Origin: Lingula anatina | Lineage: Eukaryota > Animalia > Brachiopoda | Assembly (NCBI GenBank): GCA_051362555.1 | Contig: CM120647.1 | Coordinates: 19,630,651 to 19,694,650 of the forward strand | Length of the DNA stretch: 64,000 nt | Reading direction: 5' to 3' | Shown: positions 27,101-38,109 of the stretch, in pieces | Layout of the letters: each line of letters opens with the position of its first letter | Position numbering within the stretch: the stretch's first letter is position 1 | Notes under the pieces: model-generated | Databases searched by the model: none | Told to the model about the DNA's origin: nothing | The model's input: the letters and a program-made list of their open reading frames with translations, nothing else | Translations under genes and position numbers: made by a program

Positions 27101-30100
27101 TGAAATACCAGATTCTGCCATGACAGGGGAGGGGGGGGGGTATCAGTATATTGCCTTCTTTGATAGAAAAAAAGGTATCTTACATTTACAACCCACTGTG
27201 ATCTCAGTAGCAAGGATATGCTTAATTAATTTAGAATGTTTGCAGGGAACCAGAGGATTTGAGTAGGGAAACAAGCCTGAAAATAAAAATAACCTTGTGA
27301 AGTGTTAATGATGAAAAATTTATAACATTAACTACAACTTCCCCCAATGTTTCAGCCCCACCCCAAAAAATTTTAATTGAATTAAATAAATAAATAAATA
27401 AATAAATAACAAGGCTCATAACAAGGGTTAAAACAATGTCAGACAATGGCAAAGATATACTTAATTTTTTTAAATCTGCAGGATGTGATTAATTTTCGAT
27501 TGTTTCCCCACAGAATTATTATTCATTTTTATGTAAAGAATGAGAGAGCACTCGATATTTAGTTCAAGATGAATAGCCTGAAGTCTAGATTGACAATACA
27601 TCGATTACTGCAAGGGGTCATTTAAGATTTCACAAGAAAAAAAATCTGAAATATATCCTAAATTTTATATTGGAAAAAAGTTATGATACATTGTAGAATA
27701 GAACCACAAAGAAGAAATTCCAAGTGATAATTTGCATTTTCAAGAAATTAATTTTACTCATCTCCCTCCCACGATCCCTTTTTATTTTTTTACTATTTTT
27801 TTCTTACACTGCATAGCATTGTAAATTTCACACTGAAAGGTCTCAGTCTAGCTTGTTTATTTACCTAAAAAATAAAATTGTTTCTATTTTTAACGTGTTG
27901 ACGTTATGTGTTTCCCACAATGAACTGTGACTACATCCAAGTTCACGTGTTGAAGCTGCGTCCGTCAGTTGGAGTTGAGCGGGCACCTGCATTAGGTGTG
28001 TTCACGTCGATTACCTGTGTTGATTAAAGTATCACGGCGATGGAAGATAATTTCTTGTCATAGTGATAGCATGGAGTACATTGTCGCTAATACCCCCTTT
28101 ACACTGGACGGCATCCTTTCTGCGTCCTTTCTGCGACCATGAAATTTGGCATCGCTGTGGTCTTAATAAGGAGGCACGAGCACTAATTTTGCATCAGAAT
28201 GAATGCTCAATGATCGGCCAGTTGTCGGCACGTAAAATATTATAATTTTTAAACTCTCAAATGGGGCCGTACTGCTGGACGCAGAAAGGACGCCGTCCAG
28301 TGTAAAGGGGGCTTAAACAAAACTTGTGCGGGCGGCTCTTTAAAAGTTTTTAGATCAAAATATGCTTTTCTTTTAAGATGTACCAGTACCGCATGGACAA
28401 GCATCGGCGCTGTTCTACCGAAACATTTGGCTGTTCAAGGCAAAACTCCTGAAAGGTATGATGCAATTTAGTAAACTGAAACGTTTAGAAATTTAAATCG
28501 TTGGTTATACCCCCTTTACACTGGACGGCGTCCTTTCTGCGTCCTCTCTGCGACCATGAAATTTGGCATAGCTGTGGTCTTAATAAGGAGGCACGAGCAT
28601 TAATTTTTTATCAGAATGAATGCTCAATGATCGGCCAGTTGTCGGCACGTAAAATATTATAATTTTTAAACTCTCAAATGGGGCCGGACTGCTGGACGCA
28701 GAAAGGACGCCGTCCAGTGTAAAGGGGGCTTAAACAAAACTTGTGCGGGCGGCTCTTTTAAAGTTTTTAGATCAAAATATAATTTTCTTTTAAAATGTAC
28801 CAGTACCGCATGGACAAGCATCGGCGCTGTTCTACCCAAACATTTGGCTGTTCAAGGCAAAACTCGTGAAAGGTATGATGCAATTAAGTAAACTGAAACG
28901 TTTAGAAATCTAAATAGTTGGTTTGGATACATTGTGGTTACTCATGTGTGGACGTAAAGTTTATTTTTGCAGTATTCCCCCATTCGCCATATAACGAAAA
29001 ACTTTGATTTCAACGTCTCTTCTAAATGTATTTGTGTGATGACTGAGTAATATATACAGGTATGTATATAGATTTTTTTTACGTTTAAGGGTGTATTCCC
29101 AGAGATTTAGATAGATCCAGGGATTAAGATTTAGATCAACCTAACTTCCTGGGGGTTCACGCTAAATTGCAGTCAGCCGAGCGCGCACCATAGTTAATTA
29201 CCCCCTTACAGCTTTCAGTAGGCGGGACAGACGCTTAAGCCGGCTAAGCTGACAGTAATCAAGTGAGACTCCCCACAGGGATAGATCGATCTAAAATCTA
29301 TGGAAATGGGGTCTAACTTGATGCCATTCAAATATGCTGAGATCTGTGGGCATCGCTTGCGTCAAAATGTGCTGTGACCTCGTTGGTCAAAGAAGTTGAA
29401 GGTTTTATGAAAAAAGATAGAAATTAGTTAGTGGATGTCTAAACTAATTTATTAGAATAGCAGAAACAATTATCACAATCACCACATAACTTGTTTTTGA
29501 TTAACATTTTAAATGAGAGACTATAAGTTTAAGGGACTGCTGCAAAAGTACTTGAACGTCTGCTGGTATAGAAATAGGTTGAGTTTAACTTTTCCACGCT
29601 AGTTTGTTACTTTGTTTCTATTTGTGGTATTCAATCTGTTGTTATGGAATTTTTCAAATTTGGTCTGTGAGTGAATGTTTGCTTGATTTAAAGCAAGACC
29701 ATTTATAGTTCAGGGAGGGGGGCTGTATTTTTAAATCTTAAAAGACAATTTTATATCTTAAAAGACAATAAGTTTTTCTTGTTTTCCTTTCAGTTGCTAA
29801 CAACAATAGTAACTTTTTTATAATCTCAGAACCAAACACCCCTGCACTTATCTTAAGCATTTGTTTTTATGGGAGGGGGGGGGGGCATTTCACCCCAGAT
29901 CATTTGACCTTTATAAATGTCCTCTGTAAATTAACCAATCATCATGGACTGGATTGAAAAACTATCTACAGTGTTACCAACTCTAGTAGGCCTACTACAT
30001 GTTAATGAAAATGTAAAGTCTATGCCAATTTTTTTAAGCCTGTACTACTTCAGGCACGCAGGGTCCAAAAATGGGCAAGTGCCCGAAAAAAGATTATATA

Positions 30101-33100
30101 TATAGAATAAAATTATTTGAGAAACAAGTAAAAAATAAAAATAAACTTTTTTTAAATATATGTCAGGATTGTATTATTTAGTCATAGAAACAAACCCACA
30201 TGCGCACAGATGCATTTAGTAAAAAATATAATCCTGACTTGGGCACGTCTGTGAATGATTGTAAAGAATCTGCTCCTCTCATTCTATTTTTAATCTTCTC
30301 TGAAATTATTGTACTGCTGCTTAGCAGATTAAAGGTGGTGGTGCACTATATTACTTTCTTTTAAAACTTTTTTTTATCTTTTAGGTTGAAGGACAAATGT
30401 GTTCATAAAGTTGACAGAAGAAAGAAAACCCAATGAAGTACTCATAGAAATTACACATCAATTTGTGTACAATAAGTGAGGATCATAGAATTTCAAGACA
30501 ATATCATAAGGACAGATTTAATGAAATTGATTTCCTCTATTGTTAGTCAAATGTGTAAACTAACTTATCAATGGATATATTAATTTCCAAAGTGGAAATT
30601 TGAACAGCTGGCAAGAATTGTGTAAGTTTACTTTAAGTTTTGATTTAAGTAGTTTTTCTTTCATTGATCAGTTGAATAAAAACCTTCAAGATTTGTGTTG
30701 TTTTTATTTATAAAGGTAAGTGCCTTAATGAAAGTTAAAAAAAAAAACAAACTTATAACTATTAGGTTGTGGGTGATATTTCCCACTTGTCTGACAAAGT
30801 TTTTTCCACCCACGAAAAAATTTTTAAAAAGTAAGAAAAATGCAAAAAAAAAAAAAAAAAGAATAATACTGATGATGATGCTGATTGTTGTAGCTGCGTT
30901 TCTCTGGAAATCGCGCCAGAGTGCGCGTTAGATTCAAATGAGCCGTAAAAAAAAAAAAAAAAAAATACGTATTCCTACAATTTTGTTAGGGGGGTTAATT
31001 AAAATTGCCGATTTGGCAAATGTATTTCTCACCTTTTATCTTCCTGCTCGACAAAGGCACCCGCCGCTTCTCTGTGCAGGCCGCGAGTGAAGAAAAAACA
31101 GCAGACGATAAATACGCAGAGTGCATGGCGGTCAAATTTTTTTTTCAATTTATTGGTCTAGTCACGATGAACGTGTCATTTAGATATATCAAAACTATGC
31201 TATTAAACAGGTTGTGGTTGAGTTTTTTTATTTAATGACAAAATAATCAGTTACCGTCTGATAGTGAAGCGCGAATTTGATATCTTTTGGTGGTTTTTGT
31301 TGCTTGTGCCGAAAGACCTTCCCATCATGCTTTAGTAGTAAACAAAAATGGCGGTTCTGAAAAAAGATCGTCTGCGGATGGGGTCCTCTTAGATGTTGGT
31401 TGTCCACGGAGAAAAAGTGAAATGTTTCAAAGGATATCCGCATTGTAGGTGATATGAGTGGCTGGAACATTTGTCGGCCACTATTGAGCGGACTGTTTAG
31501 ATATCGGCGAAGGTTAAGTCCACCAGTGAGATGGCTGTAATGTTCTGTTACTGAAATGCATACATGCTGAGACATTTTGATTACGGAGCCAATGCCTTGT
31601 AGGAAAAGATAAACTATAGCGATAACGTTTATTATGTAACTATCTATAAAGTCAGTTCTTGGTGTAGTTTGTTGACTACTAGTCACTTAGCAGCTTGGAT
31701 TGAATACAGTAATAATTGTACAATTGTGGTAATAGTACTTAAAAAAATTAACTAGGTTCATATGTTGTCCAGTTAACTTTGTTGGAAGATTATTATCATT
31801 ATTATTATTTTTTTTTTTTTGAAGGCTCGCTTACTGAGTAATTACTGGAATGAACTGCAAAGATTGTAAAAGTTAACTAAGTATCAGGATACTGTCATGT
31901 GAAACTTTAAATGTCATTGCCACTTATTTGGTCAATAATAAATTTTATAAGGAACTTCATGCAGTCTTATTTTTAACTATACAATGTGTTAAAATACTGG
32001 GAAAAGTGTATTGATCATACTTCTCTGTCAGTCGCAGTGTAAATTTAGAAATTCTGTGCAGCTTTAGAAAGACGTTTCCGTGACTTGACAATGATTAATC
32101 AACATAGACATTTTTGGACATGTAATATATTTTTTAAAAAATTAAAATAAAATGATACATTGCTGACATACATTTTTCAAATTAAATATACATTTGAATT
32201 GCAGACTATTAACTACATGCAATATATATATGTTAAAATTGCAGGATTTCCTGGGCAGTTTTACCTTTGCTGATATAAAAAAGGTGCTAAAGGACAAATT
32301 GTAAACTAGTGTTTACAGGTCTTTCAAAAATTTGATACCGTATAAAAGAATACTTCCCTATTAAAAAATGAAAAGAATATACATCAACTGAAATGTCTGC
32401 TTTAATTTCACAATAAAATATAGTATGGTGTACAGTTACATAAAGAAAATATAAAGTGAAAAAAAAAAAAAAAAGATCACAGTATACATTATTGTAGGTA
32501 GGATAACATTGAAAGAATCCAAGGAAACAGAAGTAAACTTCTATTATTTCTGAGAAGAATCTTTTGCAAATTTATTATTTTTTTCAATAAGAAAAATGAC
32601 TATGGTCATTTTATAAAGGGTCGCTAGATGAAAATTAAATTTCAATCTGCTATAGAAAATTGTTAAAAACAGAAATGCATTAATCTTAAAATAGTGAAGT
32701 AATCATGCATGTAGCTGTTGTAAATTAACTTGAATGTTGGATTCCTTCATGTATCCTCTGAAAAATAAAATATACATATATAAACAATGAGGTGCCTTCA
32801 ATTGTAAATAAACATGCAGTAACTGTTGCAATTTAACTTGCATTGGCTTTTTCTGAAAAAAAAAAGATAATGATGTATTTAAAAAAGTTAATTCTATATA
32901 TTCAAAAATATTTTTGCACAACCTAACTTAAAGGGATAATAACTCTTCGTATGAAATCTGTATTTCACAATAAAAACATAGTGAGTGACTCATAAAAATA
33001 TAATATATTCTGTTTTCCCACAAAAACGGCTGTTATAGCTATTATTCTGATATCTGAGCTTGTCTTTAGACCACGTGACCTCCATTGATGGCTATACTCT

Positions 33101-34810
33101 GTTAAAACCTCTTAAGTGATTTTAACAAAAAACCAAACTTTTTAGAAAAAAACCAGGGACTAACTTTGAATGTAAAAATGGATTCATTAACCATTGGTAA
33201 GTATGGGAAAATTGTTGTTTACTCCAGGAAAATTCATTTTTTGGCCAAAACGAAGAGTTATTATCACTTTAAATTATGTAAATAAACGTGCAGTAACTGT
33301 TGTAAACATGTATGATAATTGTAGATATAAGACTATGAAGAAAACATATATATAAGACTATGAAGAAAACATATAGATAGATAGATAGATAGATAGATAG
33401 AGGGGCAACTCTTCCATTCTAACTGACTAAATGCCAGTTCAATGTCAGTTCAATGCCTGCAGCTCACTAGTCGATAAAAAAAATGACACTGGCCCAACAT
33501 CAGGTTAAAGTTTTAAAAAATGACATTGGCCCAGCGTTGGTCCTACATCGGATCAACGTAAAAAAAATGATGTTGGCCCGACGTTGGTCCTTCATCGGAT
33601 CAACAACAACAAAAAATGATGTTGGCCCTACGTTGGCCCAACGTTGGCCCTACATCGGATCAACGTAACAAAAATGACGTTGACCCGACGTTGGCCCAAC
33701 GATGGCAGGCCAACGTCAACAATGCAAGCGTTGGCCCAACGTTGGCCCGATGGCGGCATGCCAATGCCGACCAAGTGCCAACGGTGCCGACGTTGGCCCA
33801 ACGTCATCTTGCTATCTGGGATATTAACGCCATCATTTATTTCCTAAGACTGAGCTCTTTCACAATCAAGGATATAATTTCGAATGTTTATGTTCTTTGT
33901 CATAATATTTGTAAGCATATGTGTTACCTCAACCTGTGATCAATTAAGAATATGTACATTGGATATCAGGAGCAATTTTTTATATTGTTCCTACCTCTCT
34001 CAGCTAACGCCATCAGGAAAAAACCACCAGAACACAGGAATCTTAAATAAAATACAAGAATTATAACCAAACTATTCTACTGATCTCCAACTTACAATAC
34101 ATCGTAAGAAATTAGCATTCTATTTGGCCATCACACCTGTCAACTTCTTTCGAAGGCATAACATCGATGTACCCGTAAAACGATTTACAGCTGAAGCGGT
34201 CATAGTTTGGCTGATTTTATCAATTCTCTCTTTTTTGTACTCATAGATGGAGGTTACTACGAAACACAGTGGAGTGGTAATAATTCTGATTTTAGCTGTG
34301 GTTGAAATAGCTATTACATTACGTTCGTACATTTTTAGTACAACGTGGAGAGAGTGTGAAGACAACGGATAAAATCTTCACGCTATAACACCACAGTCAC
34401 CTTAAACATATGACAGCTGTATAGTAATGTACTTACATGGATAGGATCCTCACGCAAACTGTGCCGCAGTGATCATAGATATACCCCAGCACGGGAAGAG
34501 ACACTAAGCAGATTAGAGCAACAGTGTAAACTAGATTTAGCATCTCTTCCTGCTCAGTACACTTTTGAACGCGATCTGCATCCTGATCTTCTGTGCAATT
34601 CCCCAGAACACTACAGGCATGTTCTACCGTGTTAATACTAGCATTGACTTTGGGATCAAAGTGACAACGGGAGAAGTAAAATTTTTCCTCAATGAATATA
34701 TACACGTATGCTGGCCATCCGAATAACGTACATGAGTAAACGGCAGCTTCTAAGATTCCAAGGGCGGCGCAGAATAATTTCCAACACGTAGTGCGTGCCA
34801 TGTCGTCCAT
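6175..34810 (-). CDS. SLC43-family transporter, copy B, apparently complete 8-exon CDS (34810-34437, 34041-33995, 9218-9049, 8704-7984, 7817-7710, 7050-6882, 6760-6637, 6363-6175)
   Basis: All exons have AG/GT boundaries and join in frame. Motifs include QVAVLFPKLRSTLICLISGA, a large central loop and FPKEHFGKTYG. Intron 2 contains the nested transposons. Confidence 0.8.
9990..10260. repeat. Left subterminal repeats of the CACTA element
   Basis: Many direct and inverted copies of GTTGGCCC(G/A)AC/GGGCCGAC. Confidence 0.85.
10813..13697 (-). CDS. CACTA second gene (DUF4806/BEN-like DNA-binding protein), multi-exon, possibly decayed
   Basis: First exon MAFLLVEF...IVSHKWL...FWPP; internal exons around 13250-13360, 12065-12218, 11610-11830 and 11215-11365; last exon ETIKKWFRTAGDREWGRKRR. 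This architecture is typical of animal CMC accessory proteins. Confidence 0.65.
14327..14863 (-). repeat. 3' LTR
   Basis: No differences from 25277-25813 seen by eye. Termini TATAGTA...TACGATA. Confidence 0.95.
14864..14880 (-). other. Polypurine tract
   Basis: GAAGAGAGGG on the minus strand, 4 nt upstream of the 3' LTR. Confidence 0.8.
16266..18688 (-). CDS. env: Envelope glycoprotein (baculovirus F/errantivirus-type class I fusion protein)
   Basis: Open 803-aa ORF with a hydrophobic signal (MKILITICMLTVTVSVA). Furin-like RSQR is followed by fusion peptide SLLPLGNFFKNLFG, then heptad regions, a Cys-rich ectodomain and TM segments. Splice acceptor at 18689-18690. Confidence 0.88.
18859..23463 (-). 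CDS. pol: Pol (protease-RT-RNase H-integrase-chromodomain) in two segments, 23463-20119 and 19563-18859, separated by a group I intron
   Basis: LVDTGA, YIDDIL, TTDAS, HHCC zinc finger, MDILGPL/SDRG/ERTN, then KYKGPYY (GPY/F) and chromodomain WYEVERLL...YKVKWKNY..TWEPEENI. Both segments are in the same frame. Confidence 0.93.
19564..20118 (-). ncRNA. Group I self-splicing intron (555 nt, no homing endonuclease ORF)
   Basis: P1 UUUAGAU|AG pairs with IGS CUGUCUAAA, U-G at the splice site. P3 GCUGGUG/CACCGGC; P4 ACGGUC/GACCGU; P5 GUUCCG/CGGGAU; P6 CGGUUGCUC/GAGUGAUCG; P7 U(C)GACUG/CAGUCA; P8; J8/7 CAAUGUA; terminal G. Removal restores the integrase frame. Confidence 0.88.
23464..25236 (-). CDS. 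gag: Gag with a long S/T/P-rich N-terminal extension, capsid domain and two CCHC-type knuckles
   Basis: PEKFKGNGQED..WL..F capsid start, QLPGEPVQNY (MHR-like), CLSCGKYTHLRRNC and CFVCNRVGHISKIC. Confidence 0.93.
   Translation of the reverse strand: MQGENPADWSPPAANTRQAVEKKKIEGLEGKTSERLPKQTIKFYTRTPNFSPAPSITKEKCVRNKLSRRNLLSSSDSSDDEEIQTTHQINVNTQSETVGNSAFSIVDQCVPTNLELYESKIETGEKYSLSLTSVVNPTAIAIPKPTTITTQISELPGQTDPSPIAPSHLSSSVTKKQTTTTSKTDPSPIAPSHLSSSVTKIQTTTTSKIQLPETICPPQKTHQQSIAVPLNSSPTAPSPQFTSAATTKKNNNSQLPGDPISTYLKSPEIFRKTLGRKIKTLENMSSDWSLAPEKFKGNGQEDADRWLDHFKNYINFKALDHDQIISIFPLLITDAALDWYETLAEEVKQEWRNLKEEFLNRYRPRNTETWSITSKLFKRQQLPGEPVQNYIASMRHDAKLAQLDEKITLTAIVNGLLPQIRPFVVQQEPRDLDQLMSQARLAENAVQPSSIKQNVDLMEVTAKIDALGAQMSQVINATRPAEVHIMGTSQRETQTPMQPRRQQTGAFYRTRNRYIGNRRRGDFQDSMHRENKQSGPRSGQRSEEQGFPMCLSCGKYTHLRRNCYARNLKCFVCNRVGHISKICYYARANK
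24479..24913 (-). CDS. Overlapping alternative-frame ORF (144 aa) with four SUMO-interacting-motif-like repeats
   Basis: True ATG start. Contains VFIIIDLSSESD, PIVISDEETDDDD, PIVISDEDTDDDD and PIYISSDDE. Confidence 0.5.
   Translation of the reverse strand: MCSNESRTIRIKNRDRRKVFIIIDLSSESDSNSDTETDDNNDTNFRVTWPNRPISNRPESPIVISDEETDDDDLKNRPISNRPESPIVISDEDTDDDDLKNSTPRDNLPTTKDPPTINSSTIKQFTNRPESPIYISSDDEKEQQ
25256..25274 (-). other. Primer-binding site
   Basis: TGGTGGAAGAAATCG starts 2 nt after the 5' LTR. TGGTGGA fits a tRNA ending UCCACCA (Ala-like); the primer identity is uncertain. Confidence 0.7.
25277..25813 (-). repeat. 5' LTR
   Basis: Direct repeat of 14327-14863, adjacent to the PBS. Confidence 0.95.
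28091..28922. mobile_element. PIF/Harbinger-like MITE (28091-28313) duplicated in tandem with its flank (second copy 28508-28730; unit ~417 bp)
   Basis: Long TIRs CCCCCTTTACACTGGACGGC...GCCGTCCAGTGTAAAGGGGG with TAA/TTA flanks. The downstream ~190 bp is also repeated. Confidence 0.8.
29089..29313. mobile_element. Second MITE-like element with imperfect TIRs and TAA flanks
   Basis: Left ATTCCCAGAGATTTAGATAGATC versus right GATCGATCTAAAATCTATGGAAAT. Confidence 0.5.
32932..33268. mobile_element. Kolobok-like MITE
   Basis: TTAA TSD on both sides; TIR AGGGATAATAACTCTTCG / CGAAGAGTTATTATCACT. Confidence 0.75.
33483..33806. repeat. Right subterminal repeats of the CACTA element
   Basis: Tandem GTTGGCCC(G/A)AC motifs plus CATCGGATCAAC units. 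Confidence 0.85.
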
Positions 34811-35416
34811 CCCTTATGGTTTAACCAGGAATAGGCCGGAGTTAAGTAAAGTGAATAGTGTCTCAGGTATATCTACACGAGAAAATTACTGCAATTTGGT
34901 GTAATAGCCATTGGTAATCGAGTCATACCTGTGTTAAGATTTTAAAAACCGAACGTGGTATAAGGGATGACGTAAAACTAGTTTATTTTCAGATTAATGG
35001 TAGTTCTCATACCTGTACAATGTAGGTTTATAGTGAATAAAACACATTTATTTCAGCTGTTTACCCTTGTTGGTAATTAAACACTGCCACAAAAGAAGCA
35101 GTCCATATCAACCATACAAAACTGAGGATCACATTCGGGGGGAGGGGTTGATGACACAGTTCACTAGAAATAGGATGGCCAATTCACAAATCGTATAAAT
35201 ATATAAAGCTATGTATATAAGTAGGGCGAAAATAAAAAAAAAAAAAAAGCCGTATTCAAGAGTCAGATGTATGGGGTGCCTCACGGATCACGTGGTGACT
35301 AAATAATATGAACGTTTGTCAGGAGAAAAAGCAGCTTTCACTGCTAACGAAAATACCCAGTGGTACCTTCAGAAATGAAATATAAATAGAAATGATATGA
35401 ATATGCAACGAGTACA

Positions 35417-35463
<47 letters not shown>

Positions 35464-35779
35464 GCACACACACACGCACACCATATAGAACAGGGCAAAA
35501 GCACTTACATCTGCGGCAGTATCAATAAAGGACAAACCAACATAATGTTCTAAATTTGGCTGCTGCATTTATTGTAATGTCTCTCTAAAAAGAAATGTGA
35601 ATAGTACATGATACTGAATTTTAATTGAAGAATCTACACGTTTTATTGTCAATTTATTCCAAGTTTGTCTTTAATCTATTTAGACGGAGAGAAATATAGG
35701 CAAATTTAGTATAAGGAAGACAAAGCATTACTCGCGTTAAACGTATATATAATATTACTCTGTTGTAATGTACTCAAAA

Positions 35780-36080
35780 CATACATAGATAAGTTTCTCA
35801 CATAAACTGTCTCAAAATGATCATGAATGAAACCCAGTATTAAGAGAGCCACCAAACTGACCGTGTAAACTATTTTTTCAGCATCTCTTCCTGCTCAGTG
35901 CACTTTTGAACGAGGCTGTCTGCGGTCGTTTCTTGTGAATCGTACACGCATGGCCCGCGATGTTAATGCATTGGCTCTAGAACCAAAATGACATCGGGAA
36001 TAATGCAATCTTTCCTCTACGAAAATATACACATATACTGGCCATTCAATAACATAGAAGAGAAGACTGAAACCCATAAA
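35780..36080 (-). pseudogene. Degenerate third copy of SLC43 exon 1
   Basis: WPVYVYIFVEERLHYSRCHF and, in another frame, KCTEQEEML. Frameshifted. Confidence 0.7.
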
Positions 36081-36364
36081 TTTTCTGCAACACGGAACCT
36101 CAGTTTTGTTACATCCGTATTTGACATGCAGTTATGACATACATCATACTTTGAACGTTTCTAAATACACGTACGTGCCCTTCTTTCTATGTGGAATTTT
36201 TTATTATGGGCTCGCTATTTTTATAGGTGCTCTCAGACCCAGGATCGATTCCCGTCGCTCTGTCTTAACGCGACTGACTTAAGTGACCTCCTTGCTCATC
36301 TTCATGGTCACCTGATAAGGTGGCATAATTATACGTGTGGTACCGTGGGAAACCGATCAAATGC

Positions 36365-36450
<86 letters not shown>
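36365..36450. repeat. (TG)n(GA)n microsatellite
   Basis: Seen directly. Similar (CT)n(CA)n tracts at 2595-2645 and 35420-35480. Confidence 0.95.
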
Positions 36451-36452
<2 letters not shown>

Positions 36453-38109
36453 GCTAGCTCTGAAATTATTCATACATATTGCATCAGAAAAAAGCTAACA
36501 GTAACAATATGTCACACACTTATTTACGACCAAACATTGATTTTCGTTCAATTAGCATTTGATCTGACTCCTTACATATAGTCGGAGGCGTAGCGCGTTG
36601 GGATTAAATGCGTTATTAAATACGTTGTATTTAAATGCCACCTTCTGCGATGGGACCTTATCTTCGATAAAGCAAACAGATGACACGCTCCTACAGATAA
36701 CCCATCCGTTACGCCACACAGTACACTGCAGAAAGGTCACTGGAAGACAGTTTGTGGTTAAGGTAAGACTCAGAACCTCTCTTCTACAGAAAAGTAAAAA
36801 AAGAACGTCAATTTTGTATCACAATCATGGTTTGGTCATTTGGTATCCCTTTTAACTGTTGACGTGTCATGGCAATACCATGTAGGCGCCCAATGATAGA
36901 GATCTTGCAAAGCTATTAGGTTGCTGCTTACTTGAACGAGGAATTTTAATCTTACATAAATTATGTTTTGTAAGGAAACTCTATCAGAATTTGTCAACTG
37001 ATTATTTTAGAATTTTTTTGCATGTGAGACATATTTTTTCAGTCGCTGAAGCAGACAACATTCTAATACGAATGACGAAAGCAAACATGCTTATAATTGC
37101 AAACACATTTGTTACATATATTATGGACTTATACACTTAAAGTTTAACAAAATAGTGTTAAAATACATAGGTCGTGTACATTATTTATAAGTCGGTTGTC
37201 GTATGTCAGCAAGGATGTAAGAACTGGATCGTACCTTTTAAAACAAGGATTTAGCTATTTTTCAAAAATCTGTTTGTCGCTCTATTCTCCCTGTGTCAAC
37301 AATGACAGGAAAATCACTTGGTTTGGGGCCAAACGTTACGCAAACAGTCTAGAAAGATATAAATCGATGTTGATAAAGTCGCTCTTGTCAGTTGGATGAT
37401 ATATTGACGTTTAGGAGCCATCTATGAGTAAATATGGTTACTGATTAATATGTACATACGTGCAAATCGTTAACTCAGTTGAAATTTAGTTCGGTGTGCG
37501 TGAGAGATTGCACATAGGTAGTTTTCCCTTGGTGAACAAAATACAAAAGAGGATGATTTGTTGAAAAGAGAGAAGATTAGGTACAGGTAGCTGTTCATTC
37601 ACCAATTTTTCTAACTGTCACATGTAGATTGTAATTTAGTTGTGAGAGTTAAAACAATAATGTTTAGATATACATACATTTCTGGACATGCTTTGTTTTA
37701 ATACATTGATAGAGATACTAGTAAGAGATTTAAAAGGATACTTTTAAATGGTTGCAATACTGTTCATTTTGAAAAGGAAGACATTCTTAATTTTAAGTAA
37801 AATATAAAGTTATAAATTGTCTTTTGGCTTACACTTCGATCAGATATATCTCAACTGCTTACGTATGTTGTGTTTCCGGTGTGTTTAGAATTCTGGTCTG
37901 ATCACGAGGAAATGAAAAATCTAACCAAGCCCATGCAAGCAGATCAGATTCCTGATCTAGTCTAAACCGGTTCAGAACAGGATTGGATTCTTATCTTTCC
38001 TGTTACATAGACGTTCATCTACGCAACCCTGCTCATTCTAATTGTGACAGCCAATACCCATCAGTGTGTGACGTCGAAAGTTTCATATGTAACTTTTCTT
38101 TTCTTACAG

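Larger units (their letters stand above)
9972..33820 (-). mobile_element. CACTA/EnSpm (CMC superfamily) DNA transposon, ~12.4 kb excluding the nested LTR element
   Basis: TIR CCCAGATAGCAAGA at 9972 and TCTTGCTATCTGGG ending 33820. 2-bp TSD AT (9970-71, 33821-22). Subterminal GTTGGCCC(G/A)AC repeats at both ends. Encodes a CMC transposase and a second gene. Confidence 0.9.

Noticed and set aside
27072-27120. 23-bp direct repeat upstream of the transposase ORF
   Set aside because: Simple local slippage duplication with no evidence of function.
36200-36860. Possible tRNA-derived SINE remnants
   Set aside because: Only a weak box B-like GGATCGATTCCC; boundaries cannot be supported.
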